Assembly: GCF_030028105.1 (NCBI RefSeq)
Contig: NC_092390.1
Span: 50,512,777-50,576,776 of the forward strand
Length of the DNA: 64,000 nucleotides
Origin: Mobula birostris
Taxonomy: Eukaryota
Direction of reading: 5' to 3'
Positions 39,684-51,287 of this stretch are shown here, piece after piece (the stretch's first letter is position 1; every line of letters begins with the position of its first letter). Made by a program: the position numbers and the translations under genes. The notes below the pieces were generated by a model. It was not told the origin of the DNA, searched no databases, and saw nothing but the letters and a program-made list of their open reading frames with translations.

Positions 39684-40974
39684 GGTAATTTTATGTGTTG
39701 CACAGTACTGCTGCCGCAAAAACACCCACAAATTTCATTACATATGTGAGTCATGATAAACCTGATTCCAATATGGGTCTCTATTGTGGGACTGGCAGTG
39801 GGAAAGGGACAGGGAAAGGGGAATCATGGTTAGGAAAAGAGGAAGAGAGAAGGGAGGCGGTGAGAAGCAGAAAGATATTCTGTTATGATCAATAAACCAA
39901 TTGCTTGGAATCAAATTACCTTGCCTGGTGCCTCAGGGTTGGATGTATCTGCACCTACGTCACCACCCTCCCTGCCCTGACACTTCTTTCCTGCTACCTG
40001 TTCCACACACTTCCTGAAGCCCTCTGCCCTCATCATTCCAAGCATTCTTTGCTCCTGCCAGATTTACAAACTTACTCTGCGCTCCACATCGACAATTATA
40101 GTATTGTTCAAATGCCTTAGGCACTCGACTAAATATATATGGCTAAGACTTTTGCACAGGGCATGTCCTTTTCTCGCTGTTGCCATCGGGTAGGAGGTAC
40201 AGAAACCTAAAGGCATACACTCAGCAATTCAGGAACAGCTTCTTCCCCTCTGCCATCCGATTCCTAAATGGACATTGAACCCTTGGACGCTACCTCATTT
40301 TTCTAATATATAATATTTCTATTTTTTGCACAATTTTTAATCTATTTATTATATGTATACTGAAATTTATTTATTATTATTATTATTTTATTTTGGGTTT
40401 TTTCAACGTTGTTATGTATTGCATTGAACTGCTGCTGCTAAGTTAACAAATTTCACATAACATGCTGGTGATAACAAACCTGGTTCCAATTCTGATTCAG
40501 ATTCCGATTCAGTACTGTATAAAGGTGAATTTCACACTGTATAGTATGACTGAGCTGTCTATTTTTCTTTCAAATACGTTTTTTTGACTTGTATGAACAT
40601 TTATTTTGATTTTGCTTGATTGAGCTTTTTCTTTCAATACACCGTAGCAAGCAGCCTTTCTTCAGTCAATCTGGTTGTCTTACGAAAATCTTCCTGTTTT
40701 CTACATCTATGTTAATGCCCAGAAACCTCTTAGATTTTTTTTTATCTGATTCAGCATCTCAGTTCCCCTCCCTTTCTCTAGCTGCTTAGAATAAATTCCC
40801 CTGTTACATCTTGTGACACCTTCTACATTAAGTAGACTCTGAAATTGAAAACAAAATATTAATACTGTTCATTCTACATCTGTTTATACTTTTGTTATGA
40901 ATTTTTTCCCTAGCTATTGGAAGCAAATTATAGCAAGAACTTCCTTGGAAATAAAAACTGGGAGGTAACATTCA

Positions 40975-42335
40975 AGTTTGAGAAGGTAACAAACAGGTTA
41001 GACAAAGGAGAGCCAGTAAATGTTATTAACTCGGATTGTCAGAAGGCCTTTACAAGTTGTTACACATAGGTTACTAAACAAGACAAGATCTAGCTTGGAT
41101 AGAAGATTGGCTAACTGGCAGAAGGTAGAGAGTGGGGCTAACGGGCTCTTTTCAGAATGGCTCCAATGACCAGTGGAGTTCTGCAGGGTAATCATAAGGA
41201 CTACAGCATTTCAATGGATGATCTGGATGAAAGAACTGATAGCATTATGGCCAAGTTTGCAGACAATACAAAGATAGGTGAAGGGACAGATGGTGGAGTC
41301 TGCAGAAGGACATGGGTCGGGAGAGTGGGTAAAGAAGGGGCAGATAGAATACAATGCAGGGTTATGTAGTTTGGCAGAAAGAATAACGTGCAGAATATTT
41401 TCCATATTTTTGGTTTTTCTTTAAGACAGCATGGTAACAGACCCTTGAGGGTCAAAGGGACTGCACTACCCAATTATACCTATGTGACCAATTAGCATAC
41501 TAACCAGTATACCTCAACAATGTGGCGAAAACTGGAAACCTGGAGGAAACCTATGCATATATGGGGAGAACATATGAATTCCTTACAAGATAGCTGTGGA
41601 ATTGAATCTGGGTCGCTGGTGCTATAATAACGTTAAGCTACATAAATGCTGTGTTACCATGCTACCCAATGCAGACAGAATTCAGAAATTGAGGGGCAAA
41701 GAGACTTGAGTCCTAGTTCAGCATTCCTTTAAGATTAATTTGCAAGTTAAGTTAGTAATAAGGAAGGCAAATGCAATGTTAGCATTCATTTTGAGATGAC
41801 TAGAATATAAAAGCAAGGACATACTACTGAGGCTTTATAAGGTATTAGTCAGAACACACTTGGAATTTTGTGATCAATTTTGGGCCCTTTCTCTAAGGAA
41901 AGATGTGCTGGCTCAAGAAAGTCCAGAGGTTTACGAGAACGATCCCAGAAAAGAAATGCTTAACATATGAGAAGTGTTTAATGGCTTTAAGCTTGTACTT
42001 GATGGAGCTCAGAAAGATGAGGGGGGATCCCTCATCTGAATAATGAAAGGCCTGGATAGACTGGATATGAAGAGGACATATTCTTTAGTAGGAAAGTCTA
42101 GGGTCCAAGAGCACAGACACAGAATAAAAGGATGTCCCTGTAATTCTTCAGATATGCAATTTCTTCAGCTATGGAGGTCAATTCATTGAGCGTATTTAAG
42201 ACAGAGGTTGATATGTTCTTGATTGATAAAGTGGTTAAAGTTTATGGGGAGAATGCAGGAAAATATGGTTAAAAATAGCCATAATTGAATGGCAAAGCAA
42301 ACTCGAATGGTCAGTTGAAAGACTAAGAGACTGCT
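40975..42335 (+). mobile_element. CR1 LINE fragment (decayed)
   Basis: SGVLQG..MAKFADNTKIG motif; ctttataaggtattagtcagaacacacttgga; CR1-type 3' UTR. Confidence 0.75.
41420..41667 (-). mobile_element. V-SINE nested in CR1 (related copies at ~15715-15925, ~1700-1900, ~33180-33400)
   Basis: ggaggaaacctatgc..ggggagaacatatgaattccttaca V-domain reverse complement. Confidence 0.65.
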
Positions 42336-43088
42336 ACAAGAAACTAAGTGGTTGAACTTTAAGAACAATTTCAATTAGTGAGAAAATATACAAGAGACTG
42401 CCAATCTCCACCAAATATATTGATAACTGCTAGTTACTTAGTAAGAGCTTTTGTGCAGATGTGTAACATAATAGAGATAACAGTTAATTATAACAAATTA
42501 ATTTTGGTTTAATTAGATCTCCTGACTGACAATTTAATAAATGCTGTTTAATGTTACAATTATTCCAAGTTGTTATATTTAACTAAGTTAAATCAAATTA
42601 TAGGCTTAAATGAAAAGAATTTTAATCTCCAATTTGATTACAGAACACATTCTGCATTATTTTGTTCTTTATGAACAAGTGATATTCATATCTCTCCCTG
42701 TAAAGCTGAGGATGAACACGCCTTCAAATGAATCTGAAGTCAACTGAAAGTAACTATAGCACTAATGATCGGAAATCAATTTTCCTGCAGTTGCAAATCT
42801 TCAGTAACAGTGTTTACTTTTATAAACTGCTATTCCAGATTTGCATGATCCAAAATGTAGCAAAGTATACCATGGACTCAATTCCACTTGAGAGACATGA
42901 CCATGAAAATCAGGTTGACATTCCTGTGAATTTTACTGGTGCCAACTATTGGACGAGTAATGTGTTGGTGATCTATAAGTTTTTGTGTGTGGGAGAAGGG
43001 GTTGGTGGTTTAATGGTATTGTCGCTGTTCTTTTCTGCAAGGGTGGGGGTTGGGGGTTTAATGTAGTTGTCATTTTTCAATTGGGAAA

Positions 43089-43350
43089 TCTGTTAGTTTT
43101 TATGTGAGGGAGGGGTTTGGGTTTGGAGTTTGATGTTCTCGCCACCGTTTTCCGAGTGGATGATCTGTTAGTTTTTATGCGAGGGAGGGGTTTGGGGTTT
43201 GGAGTTTGATGTTCTAGTCACTGTTTTCCGTGCGGATGATGTTAGCTTTTATGTGGTGGGGGTGATTGGGGTTTGGAGTTTGATGTTTCAGCTGCCATAT
43301 CCTGTGTGGACGATCAGTTAGTTTTTGTGTGTGGAAGTGGGTAGGGAGGT
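43089..43350. repeat. Degenerate ~75-bp G/T-rich tandem repeat (about 3.5 copies) within an interspersed repeat; related element at ~59930-60440
   Basis: tctgttagtttttatgtgagggaggggtttgggtttggagtttgatgttct recurs at ~43089, 43164, 43238 and 43313. Confidence 0.7.
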
Positions 43351-43621
43351 AGGGAGGCTTGGGGTTTGCGAGTTTTGCTTCTTTTTCTTTATCCTGTGTG
43401 CGTGTGTGTGTGTGTGTGTGGGGGGGGTGGTCATTGATGTCTTTTCTTTCAATACCTCCCATGGTTTTTCTGTATTTCATGGCTATCTGGAGAAGATGAA
43501 TATCAGAAATAGCAAATGAACTGAATAAATATTTTGCATCAGTCTTTATTGTAGAAAACACCAGCAGCATACCAGAAATTTGAGAGTATTGGGGGCAGAA
43601 GTGAATGTAGTTACTTCTACT

Positions 43622-44285
43622 TCAACAAACTCATTCGTAAGGCCAGTGATGCACATAAAAGTTGCTGGTGAATGCAGCAGGCCAGGCAGCATCTCTAGGA
43701 AGAAGTGCAGTCGACGTTTCAGGCCGAGACCCTTCCTGACCCTTTCAGTCGGCCTGAAACGTCGACTGCACCTCTTCCTAGAGATGCTGCCTGGCCTGCT
43801 GCGTTCACCAGCAACTTTTATGTGTGTTGCTTGAATTTCCAGCATCTGCAGAATTCCTGTTGTTTGCGTAAGGCCAGTGATGTTGTGGGGATGGAACTGG
43901 ACTCTCTCACGGTGGTGTCTGAAAAGAGGATGCTGCCTAAGTTGCATGCCAACTTGGTCAATGTCTCCCATCCACTACATAATGTACTGGGTGGGCACAG
44001 GAGTACATTCAGCCAGAGCCTCATTCCACCGAGATGCAGCACTGAGCATCATAGGAAGTCATTCCTGCCTGTGGCCATCAAACTTTACAACTCCTCCCTT
44101 GGAAGGTTAGACATCCTGAGCCAATAGGCTGGTCCCGGACTTATTTCATAATTTACTGGCATAATTTACATTTTACTATTTAACTATTTATGGTTCTATT
44201 ACTATTTATTATTTATGGAGCAACTGTAACGAAAACCAATTTCCCCCAGGATTAATAAAGTATGACTATGACTATGTCTATGACT
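43622..44285 (+). mobile_element. Rex1/Babar-like LINE 3' end, nested in CR1 and hosting the fold-back element
   Basis: KASDVVGMELDSLTVVSEKRML..SHPLH..RKSFLPVAIKLYN; aataaag(tatgac)n tail. Confidence 0.7.
43652..43866. mobile_element. Short fold-back (palindromic) Penelope pLTR-derived element
   Basis: Two inverted ~77-bp pLTR 3' ends joined inside the hammerhead region. Perfect 16-bp TSD cgtaaggccagtgatg at 43636-43651 and 43867-43882. Confidence 0.85.
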
Positions 44286-44910
44286 AAGGAGAAGATGTTT
44301 GGGAAGTTTAAAGGTCTGAAGGTAGATAAGTCACCTGGACCAAATGGACTAAGCACAGGGTTCTGAAAGAAGTAGCTGAAAAGACTGTGGAGGCAGTGGT
44401 AGTGATCTTTCAAGAATCAAAGATTCTGGAAATGTTCTAGAGGGTTGGAACATCGCAAATGTCATCCACCATTTGGATTTTCAGAAGGCCTTTGACAAGG
44501 TGCCAAACATGAGACTGTTAAAAGCTCATGGTATTACAGGAAAGATACTAGCATAGACAAAAGATTGGCTGACTGACGGAAGGCAAAGAATGGAAACAAA
44601 GGGTGCCTTTTCTGGTTGGCTGCAGGTGACTAGTGGTGTTCTGAAGGGGTCAGAGTTGGGTCTGGTAATTTTCACATTATATGTCAAAGTTCTGGATAGC
44701 AAAATTGATAGCATTGTGGCCAAGTTTGCAGGTGATACAAAGGCGGAGGGCAAGTAGAGTTGAGGCAGCAGGGATTTTTCAGAAGGACTTGGACAGATTA
44801 GGCAAAGAAATGATAGATGGAATACAATTAGGGAAGTGTCGGATCATGTACTTTGATGGAAGGAAGAAAGGTGTAGACGATTTTCTAAATGGGGAGTGAA
44901 CTCAGCAGTT

Positions 44911-45208
44911 GGAAGTGCCATGGTAGCACAGCGGTTAGTGCAATGCTATTACAGCTGGGGCATTCCAGAGCTTCGAGTTGAATCCCGGCGCCATTCTGTA
45001 ACGAGTCTCTGTACATCCTCCACATGGAATACGTGGGTTTTCTCCACGTCCTCCAGTTTCCTCCTAACGGCCGGGTAGGTTAATTGGTCATGTAAATTGT
45101 CCCATGATTAGGTTAAGGTTAACCGGGTTTGTCAGGGGTTGCTGGGGCAGCATGGCTCAAAGGACTGATAGGGCCTACTCCGTGCTGTATCACAGATTAA
45201 ATAAATAA
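44911..45208 (+). mobile_element. V-SINE nested in CR1
   Basis: tggtagcacagcggttag A box, gttgaatccc B box, V-domain gtgggttttctcc, (taaa)n tail. Confidence 0.75.
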
Positions 45209-46603
45209 GCACAATGGCACTTGGGAGACTTAGTGCAGGATTCCCTAAAGGTTAACTTGCAGGTTGAGGTGGTAGCAAGGAAGATGTATGCAGTGCTAGT
45301 ATTCATTTCTAGAGGACTAGAATATTAAAAAATCAAGGATGTAATACTGAGGCTTTATAAGGCATTGGTCAGACCATGTCTGGAGTATTAAGAGCAGTTT
45401 TATCCCTCATATCTAAGAAGGGATGTGCTGGTATTGCAGAGGGTCCAGAGGAATTTTATGAGAATAATCCCAGGAATAAAAGGGTTGATGTGTGAGGAGC
45501 TTCTGATGCCTCTGGTCCTGTACTTGCTGGAGTTTAGAAAAATGAGGGGCTGTCATCAACCCTATCAAATATTGAAAGGCCTAGATAGAACGGATGTGTA
45601 GAGGATGTTCCTGTTGTGGGTCTAGGACCAGAGGACACAACCATAGAATAGAAGGACATCCCTTTAGAACAGAGATAAGGAGGAACTTCTTTAGCTGCAG
45701 TGTAGTGTATCTGTGGAATTCACTGTCACAGATGGCTATGGAGGCCAACTCACTGGGTATATTTAAAAAGAAGGTTGATAGGTACTTAATTATTAAGGGT
45801 GTCAAAGGTTACAGGGAGAAGACGGGAGAATGCGGTTGAGAGGAAAAATAAATCAGCCATGATGGAATGGCTGGGCCGACTCAATACACTAAATACCTTA
45901 ATTCTGCTCCTATGTCATATGGTCTAACATAACACACAAAATATTTTCAGTGAGAAAGATGCAAACACATGACTGTATTAACAATGTGCTGTATAAAATC
46001 ATTACTGTACTGAGGCCAAACTTGAGATATATATATATATATATATTTAAAGAGGGCAGAAAGGAGAGAGAAAGCCAATAATCAATGTTATTAATTCATG
46101 TCAGAAGGAAGTATTGGACTAAAGCCCAATACCCCCTCAGGAATAATCCCCTCAGGATGTTGAATCCATTCACATGTAAATATTTTCTTTCAGTGGGTTA
46201 CATCATCTCTTGTACAATTAATTACGGATGATAGAAATGTTAATCATGCAGTCAATGGTTTTATAGAATCAGGGGGTTGTACAACAGAGAACCAGGCCCT
46301 TCACCCCTGTATCTATGCTGACCATGATGCTAACTATATTAATCCCACTTGGCTGCTTTAATTCTATCTCTCTCTCGATGCACTACTCATTCAATTATTT
46401 GTCCAGGTGCCTTTTGAGTCTATTCACTTTCTTTAAAAGTTATCTGAAATCACAGAATCATGGAATTTACACTTTAGCAAAGTGTATCTCAGGAAAAGGT
46501 AATTTAGTCTATTATGGCTCTACTGGTGTTTTCAGACTTCTAAATAATCGCAGTTTCCAAATACCTGTAAATAAACTAGGCCAAAGCAGTGATAAGGGAA
46601 TAT

Positions 46604-47784
46604 TGTCATGGTCCGATCCGTGGACTCAGGACTCCGGGTCTTCCAGCTGTCCCTTGTTTGAGTTGATCATTGGCACCTGATTCCCATCTTTGGGCTTGCA
46701 GTATAAATAGCCTTGGGATTGGGTGTGGGTGGCTGATTTGTCTTGTCAGTCTCCTTTGGAACAACCTACTGTTGGAAGGTTAGAGCAGCCAATTGCCATC
46801 TTTAGACTGTGTTGGGGATCCATCCCCTCCTGGAGCCTTGCTGTCAGTAGTTGGAGCTGTTGGCTGTTTCCTGGGCCAGTTAAGTGGCTGCTAGCCACTC
46901 TGAGCTAGGTAGGGATCTGGCTGTTTCTGTAGCCAGCTGAGGTTGCTGGCTGAACTGAGACTTTGAGCTACCCTGGAGCAGAGATGGAACTGTCTGTTGT
47001 TCTTTGGTGTTTGTCTCTTCTTGTCCTTGCCTCTGTGGGGTAAGTCAGGCTGTCTTGCTGTTGCCCTGTGGTGGGGGGGGGGTCATGTCTTGTCTTTGCC
47101 TCTGGGTAAGTTTGGCTGTCCTACTGTTACCCAACAGGTGGACCTGTCCCACCTTGGTGTGGAGAAATTGAGTCCTGGCTTGGCTTAGGATAAGTCCTGG
47201 CTCTATATCTATGTTCTGTCCTATCTCATGTTAGTGTTGTGTTATGTTAAAGATGAGTCCTGGCTTGTCGAAGGATAAGTCCTGGCTCTATGTTGAAGTT
47301 TGGTTCCCAGTCTGTCTCTGAGCTCCAAGAAGCCCCGGCCTCGAGGGTCCCGCAGCCGCGCTCCAAGAAGCCCCGGCCTCGAGGGTCCCGCAGCCGCGCT
47401 CCAAGAAGCCCCGGCCTCGAGGGTCCCGCAGCCGCGCTCCAAGAAGCCCCGGCCTCGAGGGTCCCGCAGCCGCGCTCCAAGAAGCCCCGGCCTCGAGGGT
47501 CCCGCAGCCGCGCTCCAAGAAGCCCCGGCCTCGAGGGTCCCGCAGCCGCGCTCCAAGAAGCCCCGGCCTCGAGGGTCCCGCAGCCGCGCTCCAAGAAGCC
47601 CCGGCCTCGAGGGTCCCGCAGCCGCGCTCCAAGAAGCCCCGGCCTCGAGGGTCCCGCAGCCGCGCTCCAAGAAGCCCCGGCCTCGAGGGTCCCTGTCACG
47701 TCCTTACTCTAGTCAAGTCCTGTTCCTTGTACTTCAGTGTCTGTGTCTTGCATTTGGGTCTGTTTTCAGCACTCCATTGTGACA
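46604..47784 (+). mobile_element. Solo LTR (Gypsy- or BEL-like)
   Basis: TGTCA...TGACA termini, 5-bp TSD aatat / agtat, TATAAATA at ~46702, and a 3' end tgcatttgggtc...gtgaca resembling fish LTRs. Confidence 0.7.
47322..47693. repeat. Perfect 38-bp minisatellite, about 9.8 copies
   Basis: Unit gctccaagaagccccggcctcgagggtcccgcagccgc repeated with no spacers and no visible variants. Confidence 0.97.
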
Positions 47785-47974
47785 AGTATTGCATTGTCAG
47801 AATCTGAAAACCTTTCAAATGAGGTTTTAATCTTCACATTCAGATGGACATTAAAATACCACAGTGCTATTTGAGGAATGGTAGGGATGGTGGTGAGTTC
47901 TAGTTTCATTAACTTCATGTATCCCTTAACAAATGCCTCAAATTGATGGTCTGGTTACTACTTCCTTGCTGTAT

Positions 47975-48930
47975 AGAATCATAGCTATATAACATGGAAA
48001 AAGACCTTTTGATTCAACTGGTCTATGCCAACAAAGATCCCCAGCCTAGCAAATTCCATTTGCTAGCACTTGGCCCAAAATCAGTCCATATTCCTATCCA
48101 AATACCTTTCAAATATTGTTATTGTACCTGCCTTAATCACTTCCACTAGCAGCATATTCTACATACATGCCACCCTTCAGGTCACAAATTTGCTCTTAAA
48201 GTTCATATTAAATCTTTTCTCTCTCATCTTCAATCTATACCCTCTAGTTCTTGTTTCCTAAGCCCCAGGAAAAAGACCAAGTGCATTCACTCTATGCCCC
48301 TCATGATTTTAAACACATTTATAAAACCATTTTTCAGTCTCCTACACTCCAACAAATGAACTCCCAGCCTCTCCAACCCCTCCTGATAATTCTGTCCCTC
48401 AAGTCGTGGCATCATCCTTGTAATTGCTTTCCACATTCCTCCCAGTTAAGTACAGTCTTTCCAAAACCAGTGTCCAGTACAACTGCACCATGACCTCCCA
48501 ACTTCCATGCAATTCCCTGACTTGTGAAAACCAGCATGTGAAACACTTTCTTTACCACCTGATCTGCCTGTGAATCCACTTTTAGCGAATCATGTAGTTG
48601 TGCTCCAAGGTACCTCTGTATTAGAACACTTCCAAGGCGCCTGCCATTCACTGAGAAAGTCAAACCAGGATTTGACTTTCCAGAATGCAATACCTCACAC
48701 TTACCTGAATTAAACTCCATTTTTTCCTTGGCCCACTTACTCCGCTGTTCAAAAAAAACTCCGTCACTTTTGATAGCCTTCTTCAATGCCCTCTGTTAAC
48801 TTTATTGTCAAGAATCCATTCATGTGCCCTCTGCTAACTCTTTCAGCCTTATTTACATCCTTCCTGTACGTAGGTGACCAAAACTGCACAATATTCCAAA
48901 TTAGGCCTCACCAACATTCCATACAACTTT
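47975..48930 (-). mobile_element. CR1 LINE fragments
   Basis: Minus ORF 48412-48786 MEFNSGKCEVLHSGKSN..LGAQLHDSLKV. Confidence 0.7.
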
Positions 48931-50559
48931 AACTGAGGTGGAATGAGAAGATGGTGGCATGACGCAGCGTGCACGGCCGTTCTGAATTGATATCGATATG
49001 TGTAAATAGGGGCCATGTATCAATCCGGATTTGATGGGGTCAGCTGTGAAGCGCAGAGGAACATCTGGAGAAACTTCTGAAATGCCTAAACTTCGCTGCT
49101 GCTGCTACTACTGTGCGATCGAGAATCTCTGGAGACAAAGGCCCCAAATCCTCGGATTTGCGTATCGCCTGTTGCCGGGGTCGAAATGCTCTGTAGAGAT
49201 GATGCTCGGTGCATCGGTGTAGGAGGCTCGGAGTTTTCTGGACAGACTCTGAGTCGGACTGTGGTCGGATGCTTCTGGGATGCTGCATCGGCAAGTTGGC
49301 GGTGCTGTTGGTTTACCGTCTGCGTGAGATGATGGGACTTTCGAGAGACTCAGATTTTTACTGTGCCATGGTCTGTTCTTATCAACTTATGGTATTGCTT
49401 TGCACTGTTGTAACTATAGGTTATAATTGTGGTTTTTGTTAGTTTTTAAGTCTGTTTGTCATGTGTTTTTGTGATTATCATTCTAGAAAAAACATTTTTC
49501 TCATTTCTTAATGCATGCATTACTAAATGACAAGAGGACTGCGTGCCCTCATAATCATAAATCATACAACATTCCATCTCCTGTACACAATACTTTGATT
49601 TATGAATGCCACATCATCAAAAAATTCAAGTTCTGAAGACATGATCTCCCACGCACACTTCCATGCTGACTTGCCCAATCAACATGTCTTCCCAGATGAT
49701 CCTGTCCGGTAACTGACTCAGCACATGTTAGAATTATAATTGTCAGGTTTTTCTTGTTTTCTTTGCCACCCTTCTTAAATAAAGGCAGAACATTCATTTC
49801 CCATCTAGTGTACTGGCAGCTCACCTCAGCCAACAGTGCAATAATTAAACAAGTTCCAGGAAGCTACCACTCTGTGGTTATAAAAAAAACTTGCCTCACA
49901 CATCTTCTTTGAACTTAAACCTGTGCCCTCTCATATTTCACCTTTTCACTTTGGGCACAATACTCAAAATATAGTCTAACCACATGTTTTACAGCAGCTT
50001 CATAATTTCCCAAAGGCAAGCATGCCATATGCCTTCATTACCAACCTATTCACTGGTGTTGCCATTTTCAGGAGCTGTGGAATTCATTGCCACAGACAGC
50101 TGTTGAGGCCAAATCATCAACTATGTTAAAAGGAGGTTGACAGGTTCTTGATCAGTAAGGATGTCAAAGGTTACGGAGAGAAGATAGGAGAAGAGGGTTG
50201 AAAGGGAAAACAAATTAGCCATGATGGAATGTAGAACAGACCCGATGGACTGAATAGCCTGGTTTTGCTCCTATGTCTTATGGTCTTTTCATGTGGCTTC
50301 CAAGGTGAAGCAGTGATTTTTGACTTTGTGCTGTTGCTGTGAATAAGTGATGGCAAATGAATACTCACGGTTTTTATTTTCTTTTACTATTACCTGTTTT
50401 ATACTCTCTCCAAGTAACTTCCAGGCAGTTACTTCCAAAGAAGTTAGGCCAGAAATGGAAGGATAAATGATAATGGAAGGAAAGAATTTATTTGAGATGG
50501 TTTGGATCTGTGTGAAATGGACTGTTCAGCATTTATTAGTTATTGCTAATTACCATTAA

Positions 50560-51198
50560 ATCACTGTACGGCTCCGAGTTGTGGGTCACCTACTGTCACC
50601 ACCTACGACTCCTTGAGCGTTTCCACCAGCGCTGCCTCCGCACCATCCTCAACATCCACTGGAGTGACTTTGTCACCAACATTGAAATCCTCGAACAGAC
50701 GGAGGTCACCAGCATCGAGGCCATGCTGTTGAAGATGCAGCTGCGCTGGGCAGGGCACGTCACGTCTCCAGGATGGAGGATCATTGCCTGCCCAAGATTG
50801 TGCTGTATGGCGAACTCTCCACTGGCCACCATGACAGAGGGGCACCGAAGAAGAGGTACAAGGACTCTCTGAAGAAAACCCTTGGTGCCTGTCACATTGA
50901 CCATTGCCAGTGGTCCAATCTAACCTCCGATTGCAAGGCCTGGTGACACACCATTCACTACTCTGTCTCCTCCTTCGAGAATGCACATAGGGCTGGCATT
51001 GAGGACAAAAAGAGGAGGAGGAAGAACCGTGACACAGCAGCACCAAACCCAGAACAGAATTTCCCTTGCAGCCGCTGTGGCCGGACCTGCCTGTCCCATA
51101 TTAGCCTCGTCAGCCACCAGCAAGCCTTCAGCAGATGTGGGCAGTCCCCTTCCTAAATCTTCATTCGCGAAGCCAAGCTGTGGTGATGTTGATGATGA
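50560..51198 (+). mobile_element. RTE-clade LINE 3' fragment
   Basis: [35 protein letters not shown], terminal C2H2-like FPCSRCGRTC..SH, (gat)n tail. Confidence 0.85.
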
Positions 51199-51287
51199 CT
51201 AGGGTTCTTCTGGTGAAATTACTGCAACCATGCTATTGGATAGGGTTCTTCAGGATTAAAAGCTAATGACAATGAAGAAATAATATA

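Larger units (their letters stand above)
43500..45925 (+). mobile_element. CR1 LINE (decayed) with nested Rex1-like, Penelope and V-SINE insertions
   Basis: gataagtcacctggaccaaatgga, gattttcagaaggcctttgacaaggtgcc (DFQKAFDKV), KFAGDTK, CR1 tail aattctgctcctatgtcatatggtct. Confidence 0.8.

Noticed and set aside
47322-47693. CRISPR-like array, or repetitive protein ORFs at 47242-47782
   Set aside because: Units are contiguous with no unique spacers, the context is eukaryotic with no cas genes, and the ORFs arise simply from a stop-free GC-rich repeat.
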